Notes: generated by a model from the sequence alone, not told the origin. 64,000 nt of DNA from Patescibacteria group bacterium (GCA_038063455.1 JBBTVB010000002.1:1296-65295), one strand, 5' to 3'; positions 42,989 to 53,016 are shown, counted from the stretch's first letter. A program made the numbers and translations.

Positions 42989-44467
42989 CTAGTCTGCAAT
43001 CTCTATGGGTATCAGATTTTTGACCGTTGGGCATTTGGCTGCCTTGGGCGTGTTGCCCTCGTGGCCCTGGTCCACCCGCCCACCATTGGGCGCTGGCTCG
43101 TTGGCATAACTTGCACCGGGTGTGCCAGCATTGCGGGAAGGTGAATCACACTTCAGGTGGTAGTTACCGGCGGCTGCGTTTTCGAATAGCGGATCAGCAC
43201 TGGCATTGCCAATACTTGCGGCCGTTGGCAAGCCTGCATTGACCTGCCAGACATTGGTATAAGTGGTTGGAATGTCCAAACCGGCCTCTGCATACAAACC
43301 CCCAAGCGGGTTGTTAGAAATAATGGAGTCCTGAACCAAATTATTTGTACTTCCGGCTAATGCAATTATGCCGCGACCATTTGTGTCATACCATTGGCCT
43401 TCATAATACCATCCACCAGCTGGATGATTATCTATGGTGTTAAGTATAAAACGATTATTATTGGATTGTTGCAAGCGCACGCCAACACCGCCAACAAAAT
43501 AATCGAGTACGCCGCATTCGTAACCATTGCTGTAAATGAGGTTGTTGCTAAAGGTATTTGTGTTTGCGCCGTATACATACATGCCGGTGCAACGATTATT
43601 CGAAATGGTATTGCCGGTAAACGTATTATCCGATGATTCCCAAACGCTGACCCCGTGCAAGGCGCCCTGGATGAGAGAATTCGTTACTTGTACTTGCGTA
43701 GAATGTGTTAGCGCTAAGCCCGAGTTGCGAGCGCCTAAAATTTTGACGTTTGTTAACAGAATATTTTCACCATCGCGAATTTCTAAACCGCTGCCGGCAT
43801 AGGGTTCGCGGTAGAGGGTTAAGCCATCAATGGCAAGCCACTTTGTACCAACAGTACGGAAGCCATTTCCTTTGAGGCACTTAAGTACAGGCTGCTCACC
43901 AAATTTTGCCTTTATCACATTTGTCGTTTCTGGGCCTGTGCCGCTGTCGTCAACTCCCAGTGCACAGCCGTAGCTATCCGGGCCGGTGGTAAAATTTTCT
44001 ACGTACATGCCGCTGCCCTGGGCAATTTCGATAGTTACCCCGGCCATGTTCTTAAGCTCGATAAGCGCGTCGTTCAAACTGGTGTAGGCATTTGCCCAGG
44101 TCTTGCCGTTCTTGGCGCCGCGGGCACTATTGTCTACGTAGATAACTTTGCCGCCCAAAACCGGAGTTATCGGCGCCAGCTTGGCCGAAGCTGTTGCGGA
44201 TGGTGCGGCAAGTGTGGTTTTGTAATCGGCAGAAAAGTCTGCCAGCGGAAACTGCTTTGCTGTAGTCGTTGTAGTGGTCGGCTTGGCCACGCCATCTACT
44301 TTGAGCGAGGTTGGGAACACAATGGCCAACGCTGCAACTGCACCAAAAAGTGTGACGCCAACCACCACCATAAAAGCTGCGAGCAACTTCGGCCCGCTCT
44401 GATTTACCCAGTTGGCTATAGGTTCAACCTGCTTCTGCTTTTTAGTGGCACGTGAAATTTTTTTCAT
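42989..44467 (-). CDS. membrane-anchored right-handed parallel beta-helix repeat protein
   Basis: N-terminal TM helix. Multiple G..I......N.I..N.I repeats (NTFTGNTISNNRCTGMYVYGANTNTFSNNLIYSN). Confidence 0.7.
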   Translation of the reverse strand: MKKISRATKKQKQVEPIANWVNQSGPKLLAAFMVVVGVTLFGAVAALAIVFPTSLKVDGVAKPTTTTTTAKQFPLADFSADYKTTLAAPSATASAKLAPITPVLGGKVIYVDNSARGAKNGKTWANAYTSLNDALIELKNMAGVTIEIAQGSGMYVENFTTGPDSYGCALGVDDSGTGPETTNVIKAKFGEQPVLKCLKGNGFRTVGTKWLAIDGLTLYREPYAGSGLEIRDGENILLTNVKILGARNSGLALTHSTQVQVTNSLIQGALHGVSVWESSDNTFTGNTISNNRCTGMYVYGANTNTFSNNLIYSNGYECGVLDYFVGGVGVRLQQSNNNRFILNTIDNHPAGGWYYEGQWYDTNGRGIIALAGSTNNLVQDSIISNNPLGGLYAEAGLDIPTTYTNVWQVNAGLPTAASIGNASADPLFENAAAGNYHLKCDSPSRNAGTPGASYANEPAPNGGRVDQGHEGNTPKAAKCPTVKNLIPIEIAD

Positions 44468-44536
44468 AGGCTTTTTATACAGCGTAAAAATGTAAGATGA
44501 TAGTAGGATACCACATTTTTTACTTTTTGTACAGTG

Positions 44537-45910
44537 CTAGCGCGGGCCCAACACCGGGCCCTCGGGTGTGTCTTTGAGCGAGAAACCCGAGCCTTCAATC
44601 TGCACCCGCAGCTCGTCGGACTTTTTCCAGTCTTTGGCTTTGCGGGCAGCCTCCCGCTCGTCAACCATGGCTTGTACATCCATAGGCACGTCAACAACGG
44701 CTGGCGCGGCCTTCGCTAAGCCCAAACCCAGTAATGTATCCATTTGCAACAGGCTTGCCTTCTTCATGCTGTCTGGCGTGTTGCTCTTTAGTAATTCCCA
44801 CACCACGGCTAAGGCCTGGGGGGTGTTAAGGTCGTATTCGATTGCCTGAAAGAACTTTGCTTCAAAGTCTGCGGCATCGCCAGCGGGTGCATCCATCTGC
44901 GCCACTCTTTGCGTAATTTCATCCAGCGCGGTTTGAGCAGCGCGTAGGCCTTCCCAAGTGAAATTGAGTTTGCTGCGGTAGTGTGTACCCAAGCAATAGT
45001 AACGGAAGGCCAAAGGTGAGAAACCTTTTGCTCGAAGGTCATCCAAGGTGTAGGCGTTCCTCAGCGACTTGGCCATCTTGCCGTCATCTACCAGCAAGAA
45101 TTCGTTGTGCACCCAGTATTTTACAAACTGTTTGCCGGTGGCGCCTTCGCTCTGGGCAATCTCGTTGGTGTGGTGCACGGGAATGTGGTCGACGCCGCCG
45201 GTGTGCAAATCAAAACTTTCACCCAGGGCTTTCATGCTCATGGCCGAGCATTCAATGTGCCAGCCCGGGAAGCCAACACCCCAAGGGCTTTCCCACTCCA
45301 TTTGCCGCTGCTCCCCTGCTGGTGAAAACTTCCACAAAGCAAAGTCTGTTGGATTGCGCTTCTCTTTATTTGCTTCCACCCGTGCGCCTTCCTGTTGGCC
45401 GGCCAAATTCAAGCGGGCAAAATCGCTATAACGCGGAAACTTGCTCGTATCATAATATACGCCATCGGACGTTTTGTAGGTCAACGCCTTATCTTCTAAC
45501 TTCTTGATGAGCGCAATCTGTTCGGCAATGTTATCGGTTGCCTTCAGCCATTGGTCTGGGTCGATAACCCGCAACTCCTTAAGGTCGGCTTTAAAGAGCT
45601 GGGTGTACTTTTCGGCCACATCCCAGACCGAAATTTTTTCTCGCTTGGCACCTATTTCCAGTTTATCCTCGCCTTCATCCGCGTCTGCGACCAAATGGCC
45701 AACATCGGTAATGTTCATAATAAACTGCACGTCGAAACCTGCTTGCTGTAAAGCACGGTGCAAAATATCATCAAAGATATAGGCTCGCAGATTACCAATA
45801 TGTGCCCGGTCATACACCGTCGGCCCACAGGCATAGAACCCGACCTTAGGCGGATGGATTGGTGTGAATTCCTCAACCTTACGGGTGAGGGTATTGAAAA
45901 GTTTGAGCAT
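44537..45910 (-). CDS. cysS: cysteinyl-tRNA synthetase
   Basis: CGPTVYD.AHIGN (HIGH-like), GWHIECS and KMAKS. Confidence 0.9.
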   Translation of the reverse strand: MLKLFNTLTRKVEEFTPIHPPKVGFYACGPTVYDRAHIGNLRAYIFDDILHRALQQAGFDVQFIMNITDVGHLVADADEGEDKLEIGAKREKISVWDVAEKYTQLFKADLKELRVIDPDQWLKATDNIAEQIALIKKLEDKALTYKTSDGVYYDTSKFPRYSDFARLNLAGQQEGARVEANKEKRNPTDFALWKFSPAGEQRQMEWESPWGVGFPGWHIECSAMSMKALGESFDLHTGGVDHIPVHHTNEIAQSEGATGKQFVKYWVHNEFLLVDDGKMAKSLRNAYTLDDLRAKGFSPLAFRYYCLGTHYRSKLNFTWEGLRAAQTALDEITQRVAQMDAPAGDAADFEAKFFQAIEYDLNTPQALAVVWELLKSNTPDSMKKASLLQMDTLLGLGLAKAAPAVVDVPMDVQAMVDEREAARKAKDWKKSDELRVQIEGSGFSLKDTPEGPVLGPR

Positions 45911-45930
45911 GGCTATAGTGTAGCAAATTC

Positions 45931-46019
45931 GACCCCTCCCAGCCCTCTCCTTCGTAAGGGGAGGAGTTTATAAAAATCCCCTCCTCTCGGAGGAGGGGTG
46001 GCCAATGGCCGGGGTGGTC
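45931..46019 (+). repeat. CCTCC/GGAGG multi-hairpin intergenic repeat, copy 2
   Basis: Hairpin A (CCTCTCCTTCGTAAGGGGAGG), an AT spacer, hairpin B (TCCCCTCCTCTCGGAGGAGGGGTG, identical to copy 1), hairpin C (GGCCAATGGCC) and the closing GGGGTGGTC. Confidence 0.75.
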
Positions 46020-46585
46020 TACACTTCGTATTTAAACTTCTTCTTTTCTTTTGCTGCGCCACCAAAGAGCATCATGGCCACGATGGGGGCAATTATCCAG
46101 ACAAAGCGCGCGTTGGGCGTGGCAAATACCCACTTGGTTATAGGCGCCAACTTTTCTACGGCCTCTTTCGGCAAGTAGTTAAGGGTCACGCTCACCAGCA
46201 AACCGACATGGAGAACAGAATATAAAAGTACCTGATACCATTTTCCTTTATCGTCGGACGAGGCGATGGTACGGAGCAAGGCTGAATGGGAAAGAAAAAA
46301 GAAGAGCAGAACAAAGACGCCCAAGAACACGCCAATCTTTATGGCGACTGGGGTATTGATAGTTATGGTGGTGATGTTGCCTAGGAATGGCGCGCTGTTA
46401 ACGATGGCCAGGGCCATGTAAATAGACACCATGATAACGATAATCCTGTCCCGACCGAGACTTAAGCCGTACAAAAAAGCCGCAATCACAAAAAACATGA
46501 TGATGAATAAATCCCAGGTAGGTTGGGCCCAGTTAATGCTGGCCCAGAAGCTTTGTGCAGATGTGCCGACCGAAGTCAGGTCCAT
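46019..46585 (-). CDS. hypothetical polytopic membrane protein, 188 aa
   Basis: Five to six TM helices. Long ORF. Confidence 0.6.
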   Translation of the reverse strand: MDLTSVGTSAQSFWASINWAQPTWDLFIIMFFVIAAFLYGLSLGRDRIIVIMVSIYMALAIVNSAPFLGNITTITINTPVAIKIGVFLGVFVLLFFFLSHSALLRTIASSDDKGKWYQVLLYSVLHVGLLVSVTLNYLPKEAVEKLAPITKWVFATPNARFVWIIAPIVAMMLFGGAAKEKKKFKYEV

Positions 46586-46741
46586 GGTTTTCAGGTTTGA
46601 TATTGAACATGCAGATTATACCACTTTTCAGCCTAGCGAACAAGTTACATATTGACAAAAACTCCAGTTTAAACTATTATGGGGTGTTCACAGTTACTTG
46701 AAAACTACATAAAACCGCGACAGCAGTCGCAGGAGGAAAAC

Positions 46742-47440
46742 GTGGATCTTAAGAGCATCAAAACTCAATGGGGCATCCCTATTCTTACAGCTGATGCAGT
46801 ATACGAATACTTGGAGCAGGTTGGCATTCGGTCTTGGCCAGAGCTTGAGCCACCAGCTGACCTTGCAACATACATTGCAAGCCCTCTCACGGATGAGCAG
46901 CGAACCGAACTACGCTACGCACCAAAGGCGGAAGTAGTTACCCATCGCGATCCAAAGGGGAACCCATTCCGTGGTTTTCGAACGGTAATGAAAAACTGGG
47001 CGACAACATTCTGCCTGCTGCCCGGTGATTATGTCGTCTTGGTTGCGGAATGGAAACACGGTGCCAATGTGATTAGCTTGGTTCCACCTTCTGGTGTACC
47101 AAGCAAAAAAGACAATGGCTCTATGGAGACCTGCGCGAAACGTGAGTTTGAAGAAGAAACTGGAATGGGGCTGGAGCATGTTGAGCTGCTCAGCGGTCCG
47201 AATGGACTGCCGATCGCAACACGCGGTCTCACGACATCGTACTTCCCATTTCTTGGTCGAACGTTTGAAGACATCCACGTGGGTCCTTCATCACTTGATG
47301 AAAAGGAAACCCTTCAACTATTGCTTATGCCACTTACTGAGTGGCTACAGCTCATTGAAACAGGCCGAGTCTACGAGGAATGCGCTGTCAGTATCACCTT
47401 CCTAGCTCTTAACCGACTTGGACGTTTACGTCTAAGCTAA
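46742..47440 (+). CDS. NUDIX hydrolase-family protein
   Basis: Nudix-box-like ...G.METCAKREFEEETGM. Start moved to a GTG 5 nt after GGAGGA. Promoter TTGACA-17-TATTAT at about 46651-46679. Confidence 0.7.
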   Translation: MDLKSIKTQWGIPILTADAVYEYLEQVGIRSWPELEPPADLATYIASPLTDEQRTELRYAPKAEVVTHRDPKGNPFRGFRTVMKNWATTFCLLPGDYVVLVAEWKHGANVISLVPPSGVPSKKDNGSMETCAKREFEEETGMGLEHVELLSGPNGLPIATRGLTTSYFPFLGRTFEDIHVGPSSLDEKETLQLLLMPLTEWLQLIETGRVYEECAVSITFLALNRLGRLRLS

Positions 47441-47565
47441 ACCAAAATCGTATGTTCAACACCCCCAACAGCAATGTTGTGGGGTGTTTTAATATTAAAA
47501 AAATCACCGGGCACCTCGATTGTGGAGGCAACGCCGGTGATGATGGTACTCTCGGGTGAGAGTAG

Positions 47566-47796
47566 TTACTTTGCAATCCAATGCTGCGCAACAATGTGGT
47601 TATCAGAATCGAAACGGACTTCGCCACCGACAATACATTCAGGCGAACCAAGTGGAACGCGGGGTCCCAACATTTTCTGTAGTCCTGTTTTGCACAGGTT
47701 TAGGGTTACTTGTTTTCGCGTACCTCCTTTGTGGCGCGCAACAATGACGCATGTGTCGGCTTCAAAAGTGACTCTTTGAATGAGCTTGGTATCCAC
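47566..47796 (-). CDS. small hypothetical protein, 76 aa
   Basis: Own promoter TTGACG-17-TAGGAT (47822-47850). AAGGAGGT SD 4 nt before the GTG at 47796. A strong terminator ATCACCGG...CCGGTGAT + T8 follows. Confidence 0.6.
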   Translation of the reverse strand: MDTKLIQRVTFEADTCVIVARHKGGTRKQVTLNLCKTGLQKMLGPRVPLGSPECIVGGEVRFDSDNHIVAQHWIAK

Positions 47797-47856
47797 ATGA
47801 ACCTCCTTGTGTTTGTTCCGTATCCTAACCAACGCTTGAAAAAACGTCAACCTTGG

Positions 47857-48969
47857 TTAGCTATCGACTTCTTCCCCTTCCAACTCGGCGAGTTTTTTGA
47901 GGAGCTTTTTACGCTCGCCAGATATTTTTCGCGGCGTATCGACAATGATAGTAACCAAATGGTCGCCCCGCCCGCGCTTGCGCAAGTGCGGCACGCCTTT
48001 GTCGGCCAAACGGAATACTTTGCCCGACTGCGTGCCGGCCGGGATCTTCATTGACACTGGGCCATCCAAAGTTTCAACTTCTACCTTGGTGCCTAACGCG
48101 GCACTGGCGAGCCCTAAGTGAGCGTCAGAAATAATATCGGCGCCTGTACGTTTGTATCGTGGATCAGTCTGCACTTGGATGCGCAAGAATAAATCCCCTG
48201 CGCCAGCGCCGCGTTCGCCGGCTTCGCCCTGGCCCGAGAGGCGCAAGGTTTCACCGTCGTCTATGCCTGCTGGAACGTTGACCTTAATGAGCACGTCTTG
48301 CTTGCGCTTGCCATCGCCGCCGCAGGTCTTGCACTTTTGGCTGGGAATACTGCCCTGGCCATCGCAAGTGCTGCACACCACGGCTTGCGCCATTTGGCCG
48401 AAAATGGAATTGACCACGCGCTGTACTTGGCCACTGCCCTTGCAGGTGGAACAGGTAGTCACTTTTGTGCCCGGTTCAGCCCCGCTGCCATCGCATACGT
48501 TACAAACTGCTTCTTTGTAGAGTGAAAATTCTTTCGTGACCCCAAATACCGCCTCGCGGAAGGTTAGCCGCAAATCAGCTTGAATGTCGGCACCGGATTG
48601 TTTTCGGGTTCGACGCGATCGGCCCCCGCCAAAACCAAACATGTCGCCGAAAATATCACCCAGGTCGCCCATATCCACATTGCCTTGAAAACCACCTTGC
48701 TGGCCAAATCCGCCAAAGCCTGCCCCAGCGCCTGGGCCGCCGCCCTGCCGCCGCGCATCATCAAAGGTTTGGCCATACTGGTCATACTGCCCGCGCTTCT
48801 CTTTGTTCGAGAGCACTTGGTACGCCTCGTTCACCTCTTTAAACTTGGTTTCGTCGCCGTGGGTTTTGTCCGGATGAAATTCGTGCGCTTTCTTGCGAAA
48901 GGCTTTTTTTATTTCGTCCTCGGTGGCACTGCGCGAAACGCCGAGCAAATCGTAGTAGTCTTTGGCCAT
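47857..48969 (-). CDS. dnaJ: chaperone DnaJ
   Basis: J-domain with HPD, a G/F-rich linker and four CxxCxGxG zinc motifs. Confidence 0.95.
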   Translation of the reverse strand: MAKDYYDLLGVSRSATEDEIKKAFRKKAHEFHPDKTHGDETKFKEVNEAYQVLSNKEKRGQYDQYGQTFDDARRQGGGPGAGAGFGGFGQQGGFQGNVDMGDLGDIFGDMFGFGGGRSRRTRKQSGADIQADLRLTFREAVFGVTKEFSLYKEAVCNVCDGSGAEPGTKVTTCSTCKGSGQVQRVVNSIFGQMAQAVVCSTCDGQGSIPSQKCKTCGGDGKRKQDVLIKVNVPAGIDDGETLRLSGQGEAGERGAGAGDLFLRIQVQTDPRYKRTGADIISDAHLGLASAALGTKVEVETLDGPVSMKIPAGTQSGKVFRLADKGVPHLRKRGRGDHLVTIIVDTPRKISGERKKLLKKLAELEGEEVDS

Positions 48970-48975
48970 AGTGTC

Positions 48976-50151
48976 TTACACTCCCAGATTCTGCACTATA
49001 ACCGTTTTTTCGGTGATGCGCAAGAGTCCGAGCTTGCGGTACAGCCAGGCAATGAGCGGGGCGAAAGCGTAAATGAGGTAGCGAAACACAATGCTGCCCA
49101 GTTGCAGGATGAAGAAGAATGACAGCGCCAAGATGGGCGGGAAAAGTTTTTGGTAGGGGTCGACGTACTTGGCAATATTCCGGGTAAGAATTTTTTCAAC
49201 GACGCTGTCCATAGTATCGCTGCCGGTGGCTGCGACGCCAAAGGTCTGTAAGAATTCTGTCCGCGCTTCATCTAAGAGTGCCCGTTGGGCTGCCGAGAGC
49301 TGGGCCAAAGCTTGCGCTTGTAAAAAAGCACGCTGCTGCTCCAAATTCGATTCCACGTGCTGGGTAACAGCACTGCTCGCTGCCGGGTTATCAAAAACCG
49401 GATTCACTCTTTTTAACTGTTCGGTAATGGCTTTATACGCCTCTTGCTTCTTCGCGTCGCTATCTAAAGTCTGGGTAATTTGCGGGGTCACAAATTCGCC
49501 AAACTTGTCGGTAACCACCAAGCTCAAAAACTGGTCTAACGTCATGCTGCCGCGGTAGCCAGGAATTTGCTTGGGCAAGTAGGCGTTGAGTCCGCTGCGA
49601 GCGGTGCTGGTTAAATCTGCTCGGACACCAGCCGCGGTTTGCGCCGATGTGCCCAGGGTGGCAAAGTAACAAAGGGATATGCCCACGAAAATAATAGCCA
49701 GCGTACCGCTTATACCAGCCGCAACCGTGCTCTGTGGTTGGGGTTGTACGCGGTTTTTCGCGTCGCGGACAATATTCCAAGCACATGCCATGAGCCCAAC
49801 GTACACACAAGCAACCGCAACGTAGGTGGCCGGCTGCAATGGGAAGAAAACCAGTAGTCCGATGCTGCAAAAGAATGCAACGCAACCAGTACCCCAAAAA
49901 TGTGTCCGCCGAAACGCCATAGCCACTATTCCAAATAGCGCCAGCATAACGCAAAAGAAAACCACAGCTATGAGTAGCTGCTGCACCTGCGCCCACCGCG
50001 GCAGGGTTACCAGGTCGTGCTGTAAGGGCAGGCTCAAACTCCACCAAAAAAGCAGGGAAAAAATAAAAGCCACCCCGCCCATAACCCAAAACTTCCAGGT
50101 AGCTGGCTTTTTCTCAACTGGTTGCTTGGCAGGGGTAACGGGGGTGATCAT
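48976..50151 (-). CDS. hypothetical polytopic membrane protein, 391 aa
   Basis: Long ORF with N- and C-terminal TM clusters. A 6-nt gap separates it from dnaJ. Confidence 0.6.
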   Translation of the reverse strand: MITPVTPAKQPVEKKPATWKFWVMGGVAFIFSLLFWWSLSLPLQHDLVTLPRWAQVQQLLIAVVFFCVMLALFGIVAMAFRRTHFWGTGCVAFFCSIGLLVFFPLQPATYVAVACVYVGLMACAWNIVRDAKNRVQPQPQSTVAAGISGTLAIIFVGISLCYFATLGTSAQTAAGVRADLTSTARSGLNAYLPKQIPGYRGSMTLDQFLSLVVTDKFGEFVTPQITQTLDSDAKKQEAYKAITEQLKRVNPVFDNPAASSAVTQHVESNLEQQRAFLQAQALAQLSAAQRALLDEARTEFLQTFGVAATGSDTMDSVVEKILTRNIAKYVDPYQKLFPPILALSFFFILQLGSIVFRYLIYAFAPLIAWLYRKLGLLRITEKTVIVQNLGV

Positions 50152-50251
50152 GTATACAGGTAGTTTACAGCATTGTTACAATCTTGACATTTTCGGGTGT
50201 ATGTCGTAGCCTGCCACAAGTTAACACAAACCTACAAAATGGAGGTCCAAC

Positions 50252-50482
50252 GTGGCTGTAGATCAAAAGTTCATTCAATCGGCAGTGTACAGACTGCACT
50301 ACAAAGGCAACCCAGTCACTGGCTCTAGCCACGACAAAGGGGTTACCAAGGCGTGCATTGCTCTAACGGTTCCACCTTACACGCTGTGGGTGGATATTAC
50401 GACTATGAACGCTTCAGATTTTGCCCCGCCTGTATACCAGCGGCGTGTAACTCATCCAGCCGAATCTCAATCTCAAGCCTAG
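50252..50482 (+). CDS. small hypothetical protein, 76 aa
   Basis: Promoter TTGACA-17-TAGCCT (50184-50212). GGAGG 6 nt before the GTG. Terminator ATCTGCC...GGCAGAT + T7 (50504-50537). Confidence 0.55.
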   Translation: MAVDQKFIQSAVYRLHYKGNPVTGSSHDKGVTKACIALTVPPYTLWVDITTMNASDFAPPVYQRRVTHPAESQSQA

Positions 50483-50595
50483 GCGCACGCATCTGTGTGC
50501 CCCATCTGCCCCACTAAACCTGAGGCAGATTTTTTTCCCCGTTTTAAAACTCCTATTCGGATGTAGGTAGCGAGCTTGCTCGCCAGTACATCATT

Positions 50596-50886
50596 TTACG
50601 CCTGAAAACCAATCCCGCTGGTGGTCGGCGCGTCGGCTTCGGTAATTTTGCCAAAAGCCTTTTCGTACTTTTCCAGGTTCTCTTTAACCGCACCAAGAAT
50701 GCGCTTCATATGGCCGGGGGAAACAATAACCCGCGCCGTAGCTACGCCCGTACCCTGCGCCGGGTAGATGTTAATGAAGTCGAGAACGAATTCCTCTTTA
50801 CTATGCGCCACACCCATCATGTTGGCGTACACGCCCTTAAGGGTAGCATCGTCAATTTTTATCTGGATTTGTTGCTGCTGGTTCAT
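50596..50886 (-). CDS. DUF3467-like small protein, 96 aa
   Basis: Y(A)N...V.....EF.LDF...........AR...SP...K.....L......YE..FG pattern. Start moved to MNQQQQ at 50886. Confidence 0.65.
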   Translation of the reverse strand: MNQQQQIQIKIDDATLKGVYANMMGVAHSKEEFVLDFINIYPAQGTGVATARVIVSPGHMKRILGAVKENLEKYEKAFGKITEADAPTTSGIGFQA

Positions 50887-51034
50887 ATGGATAAAGGGTT
50901 TAAGACGATACAACAATTGTACCACGGAGGTTGACCCAGTCCCACTTTTCCTGACAAAAAAGTGGAGCTGGGTTGACGCCAGACAGGGAATGCTTATACT
51001 TGCGTGCATAAATCAAACATACACGGAGGTACAG

Positions 51035-51322
51035 ATGACCGAGATTAGACACGCAAATAGCGTAAGATTTACAAGCCGGAACACTGGGTGTGCAGCATGC
51101 GAACTCGTGTGTGGCGGCGGCGATGGCGAGCATATCGAAACCATTAGCATCGAGGACTTTGAGAATGGCCACGCACAGATGAATAAGACGGTAGCCGATG
51201 AGGATGGCTATAGTACCAACCTGAATGTGACTACCTGCTCGTTTACGAATGCAACACAAAAGCAATTCAAAAAGTGGTTGGAGGAAAATAGTAATATTCC
51301 CCTACACACATTTATGGGTTAA
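51035..51322 (+). CDS. small hypothetical protein, 95 aa
   Basis: Promoter TTGACG-17-ATACTT (50973-51001). ACGGAGGT SD 5 nt before the ATG. Bidirectional terminator at 51342-51376. Confidence 0.55.
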   Translation: MTEIRHANSVRFTSRNTGCAACELVCGGGDGEHIETISIEDFENGHAQMNKTVADEDGYSTNLNVTTCSFTNATQKQFKKWLEENSNIPLHTFMG

Positions 51323-51374
51323 GCCCCAGCGCACACCATGCAGCCGTCGGTCTACTCTATACCGGCGGCTTTTT

Positions 51375-51662
51375 TTATTTTTGCTTTTTTGCCGTGCCCC
51401 GGTAGAGCACTTTAAACTTGAGGCGACTAACATTTTGATGTTTCTTCCCACGTTCAGCCTTCGCGCCAAGCACCCACACTTTAATGCCGCCGCTCCCTTT
51501 CTTTTCCGTTTCGCTGGTAACGGCCACGTCGAACTCAATAAACGAGCTGGCTGACCGCCGGTCGGTAGTTATGCGGAACTGGTGGTGCGTGGTCTTGCTG
51601 GCCCCATCCATGCCTTGAGCAATGGACGTGAGCGTACTGGTTATAAAGTCGGTGAGGTTCAT
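51375..51662 (-). CDS. trypco2-like (trypsin-co-occurring domain 2-like) small protein, 95 aa
   Basis: The pattern L.DFI.....S......FIEFDVAVTSETEKKGSGGIKVWVLGAKAE......H...LKFKV matches my memory of the trypco2 family consensus. No search was run. Confidence 0.5.
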   Translation of the reverse strand: MNLTDFITSTLTSIAQGMDGASKTTHHQFRITTDRRSASSFIEFDVAVTSETEKKGSGGIKVWVLGAKAERGKKHQNVSRLKFKVLYRGTAKKQK

Positions 51663-51716
51663 AGGAGTATTACTGAGTTAAACTATTAAAACTCTTGGAG
51701 GAAGTTGCTACACCCC

Positions 51717-52781
51717 TTACGATGCCGCCTTCACGCCATAGTGCGACGCGGCAAATGTGTACTGTTCCACAAAAATTTTTCGCAAGGGAACAATAGTATT
51801 CAATTCGTACAGTGCCAGCGTTGCCTCCCGATAGGCTACCTCATCCACACTTCGATAAGACAACGGTGCGCGACCATGTGCGAGAAGTACGGCATTTGCC
51901 ATGAGTCGGGCGGTACGTTTGTTGCCATCACCAAACGGCTGAATGTAGCTAATTCCCAGGAGTGCCACAAACGCCTTGGCGTAGGGTGAGGTCATACTGT
52001 TCACCGAGGTTGTCAGCTGGTCTACTGCTTCGGTAACCTGGTGTGCGTTATCCAGCGGCTGGTAACGTGAGCCAACAACACCAACGGGCTTGCTTCGAAA
52101 ACCTAGGTCAATATCTAAATCTGCAACGAGTAAGGCGTGTACCTTTTCCAGATGAGCGCGCGTGACGGTGCGGAAGTCCGTAGCGTGTGAATAAATCCAG
52201 GTAAACGCGGCCTTGTGGTTCAGGATCATTGCTGCCTCTTGCTTATCGTGTCCAACAGCAGGCGTGTTTTCCAGAAGCAACTTCTCCGTATCGAGGAGGG
52301 TGTAGGTGTTGCCCTCAATTTTTGAAGATTTCCAAGACAGCTCAATAACGAGCCGTTCGAGCTCCTTCTTCTGCATTGCTTCCGAAAGGTCCGTTGTTCG
52401 CACCTCGTATGCCTGTGTCGCCTGCTGCAGCATGTCCGCCTCCTGCTTGGAGAAAATATCAACCGGTAACTCTGGAAATAACTGGAAGTTGAAGTTCTGA
52501 AAACCGTACCGTTTATCCGGCTCCACCGCACAGTACTGCCGCGCATCAACATCAGCAAATACCCGGCCAACCGTGGCAATTTTGTACCGGGTTGCGCGGC
52601 CAGACCCGACAACCGCGAGTAAACCGGTTGCTACCATTTCCGAAAGCGCACGTTTTATCGTAACCAACGAAGTACGTAGTCCTGCTTCGGTAACTCTTGT
52701 GTGTACGGCAGAAGACGACATTTCCCCAAACTGGAGAAAGATCTTAAGCAATTGCTGCTGTTTTTCGTTTATTTCTATCAT
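51717..52781 (-). CDS. Fic/Doc-family protein with N-terminal wHTH, inhibitory SxxxEG motif and a degenerate active-site motif
   Basis: SSKIEGN fits (S/T)xxxE(G/N). The active-site position reads IQPFGDGNKRTAR where HxFx(D/E)GN(G/K)RxxR is expected, so His is replaced by Gln and the NKR is Doc-like. Confidence 0.75.
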   Translation of the reverse strand: MIEINEKQQQLLKIFLQFGEMSSSAVHTRVTEAGLRTSLVTIKRALSEMVATGLLAVVGSGRATRYKIATVGRVFADVDARQYCAVEPDKRYGFQNFNFQLFPELPVDIFSKQEADMLQQATQAYEVRTTDLSEAMQKKELERLVIELSWKSSKIEGNTYTLLDTEKLLLENTPAVGHDKQEAAMILNHKAAFTWIYSHATDFRTVTRAHLEKVHALLVADLDIDLGFRSKPVGVVGSRYQPLDNAHQVTEAVDQLTTSVNSMTSPYAKAFVALLGISYIQPFGDGNKRTARLMANAVLLAHGRAPLSYRSVDEVAYREATLALYELNTIVPLRKIFVEQYTFAASHYGVKAAS

Positions 52782-52805
52782 AATCGTATCATTAATACAC
52801 TTCTA

Positions 52806-52824
52806 TCGTATCATAATGATACGA
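52806..52824. promoter_or_regulatory. perfect palindrome upstream of the Fic-like gene (candidate operator)
   Basis: TCGTATCAT-A-ATGATACGA at 52806-52824. An extra half-site ATCGTATCAT at 52783-52792 abuts the start codon. Confidence 0.5.
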
Positions 52825-53016
52825 AAAAAGCAAGGAATTGCGTTTGATTGAACCTTTTATAAGTTGTTCCCCCGGTTCCCCGTTCTAAGTTCTCCGTTCT
52901 CTGTACTTTGATCCCTACCCCCCCGCCTGCCCCAAGAGGGACCGCAGAGGGGAACAGGTTGACTAATTAGCGAGCTCTTACTAGGCTTGCCTTGAAACAC
53001 AAGGAGGTAAAAATGA

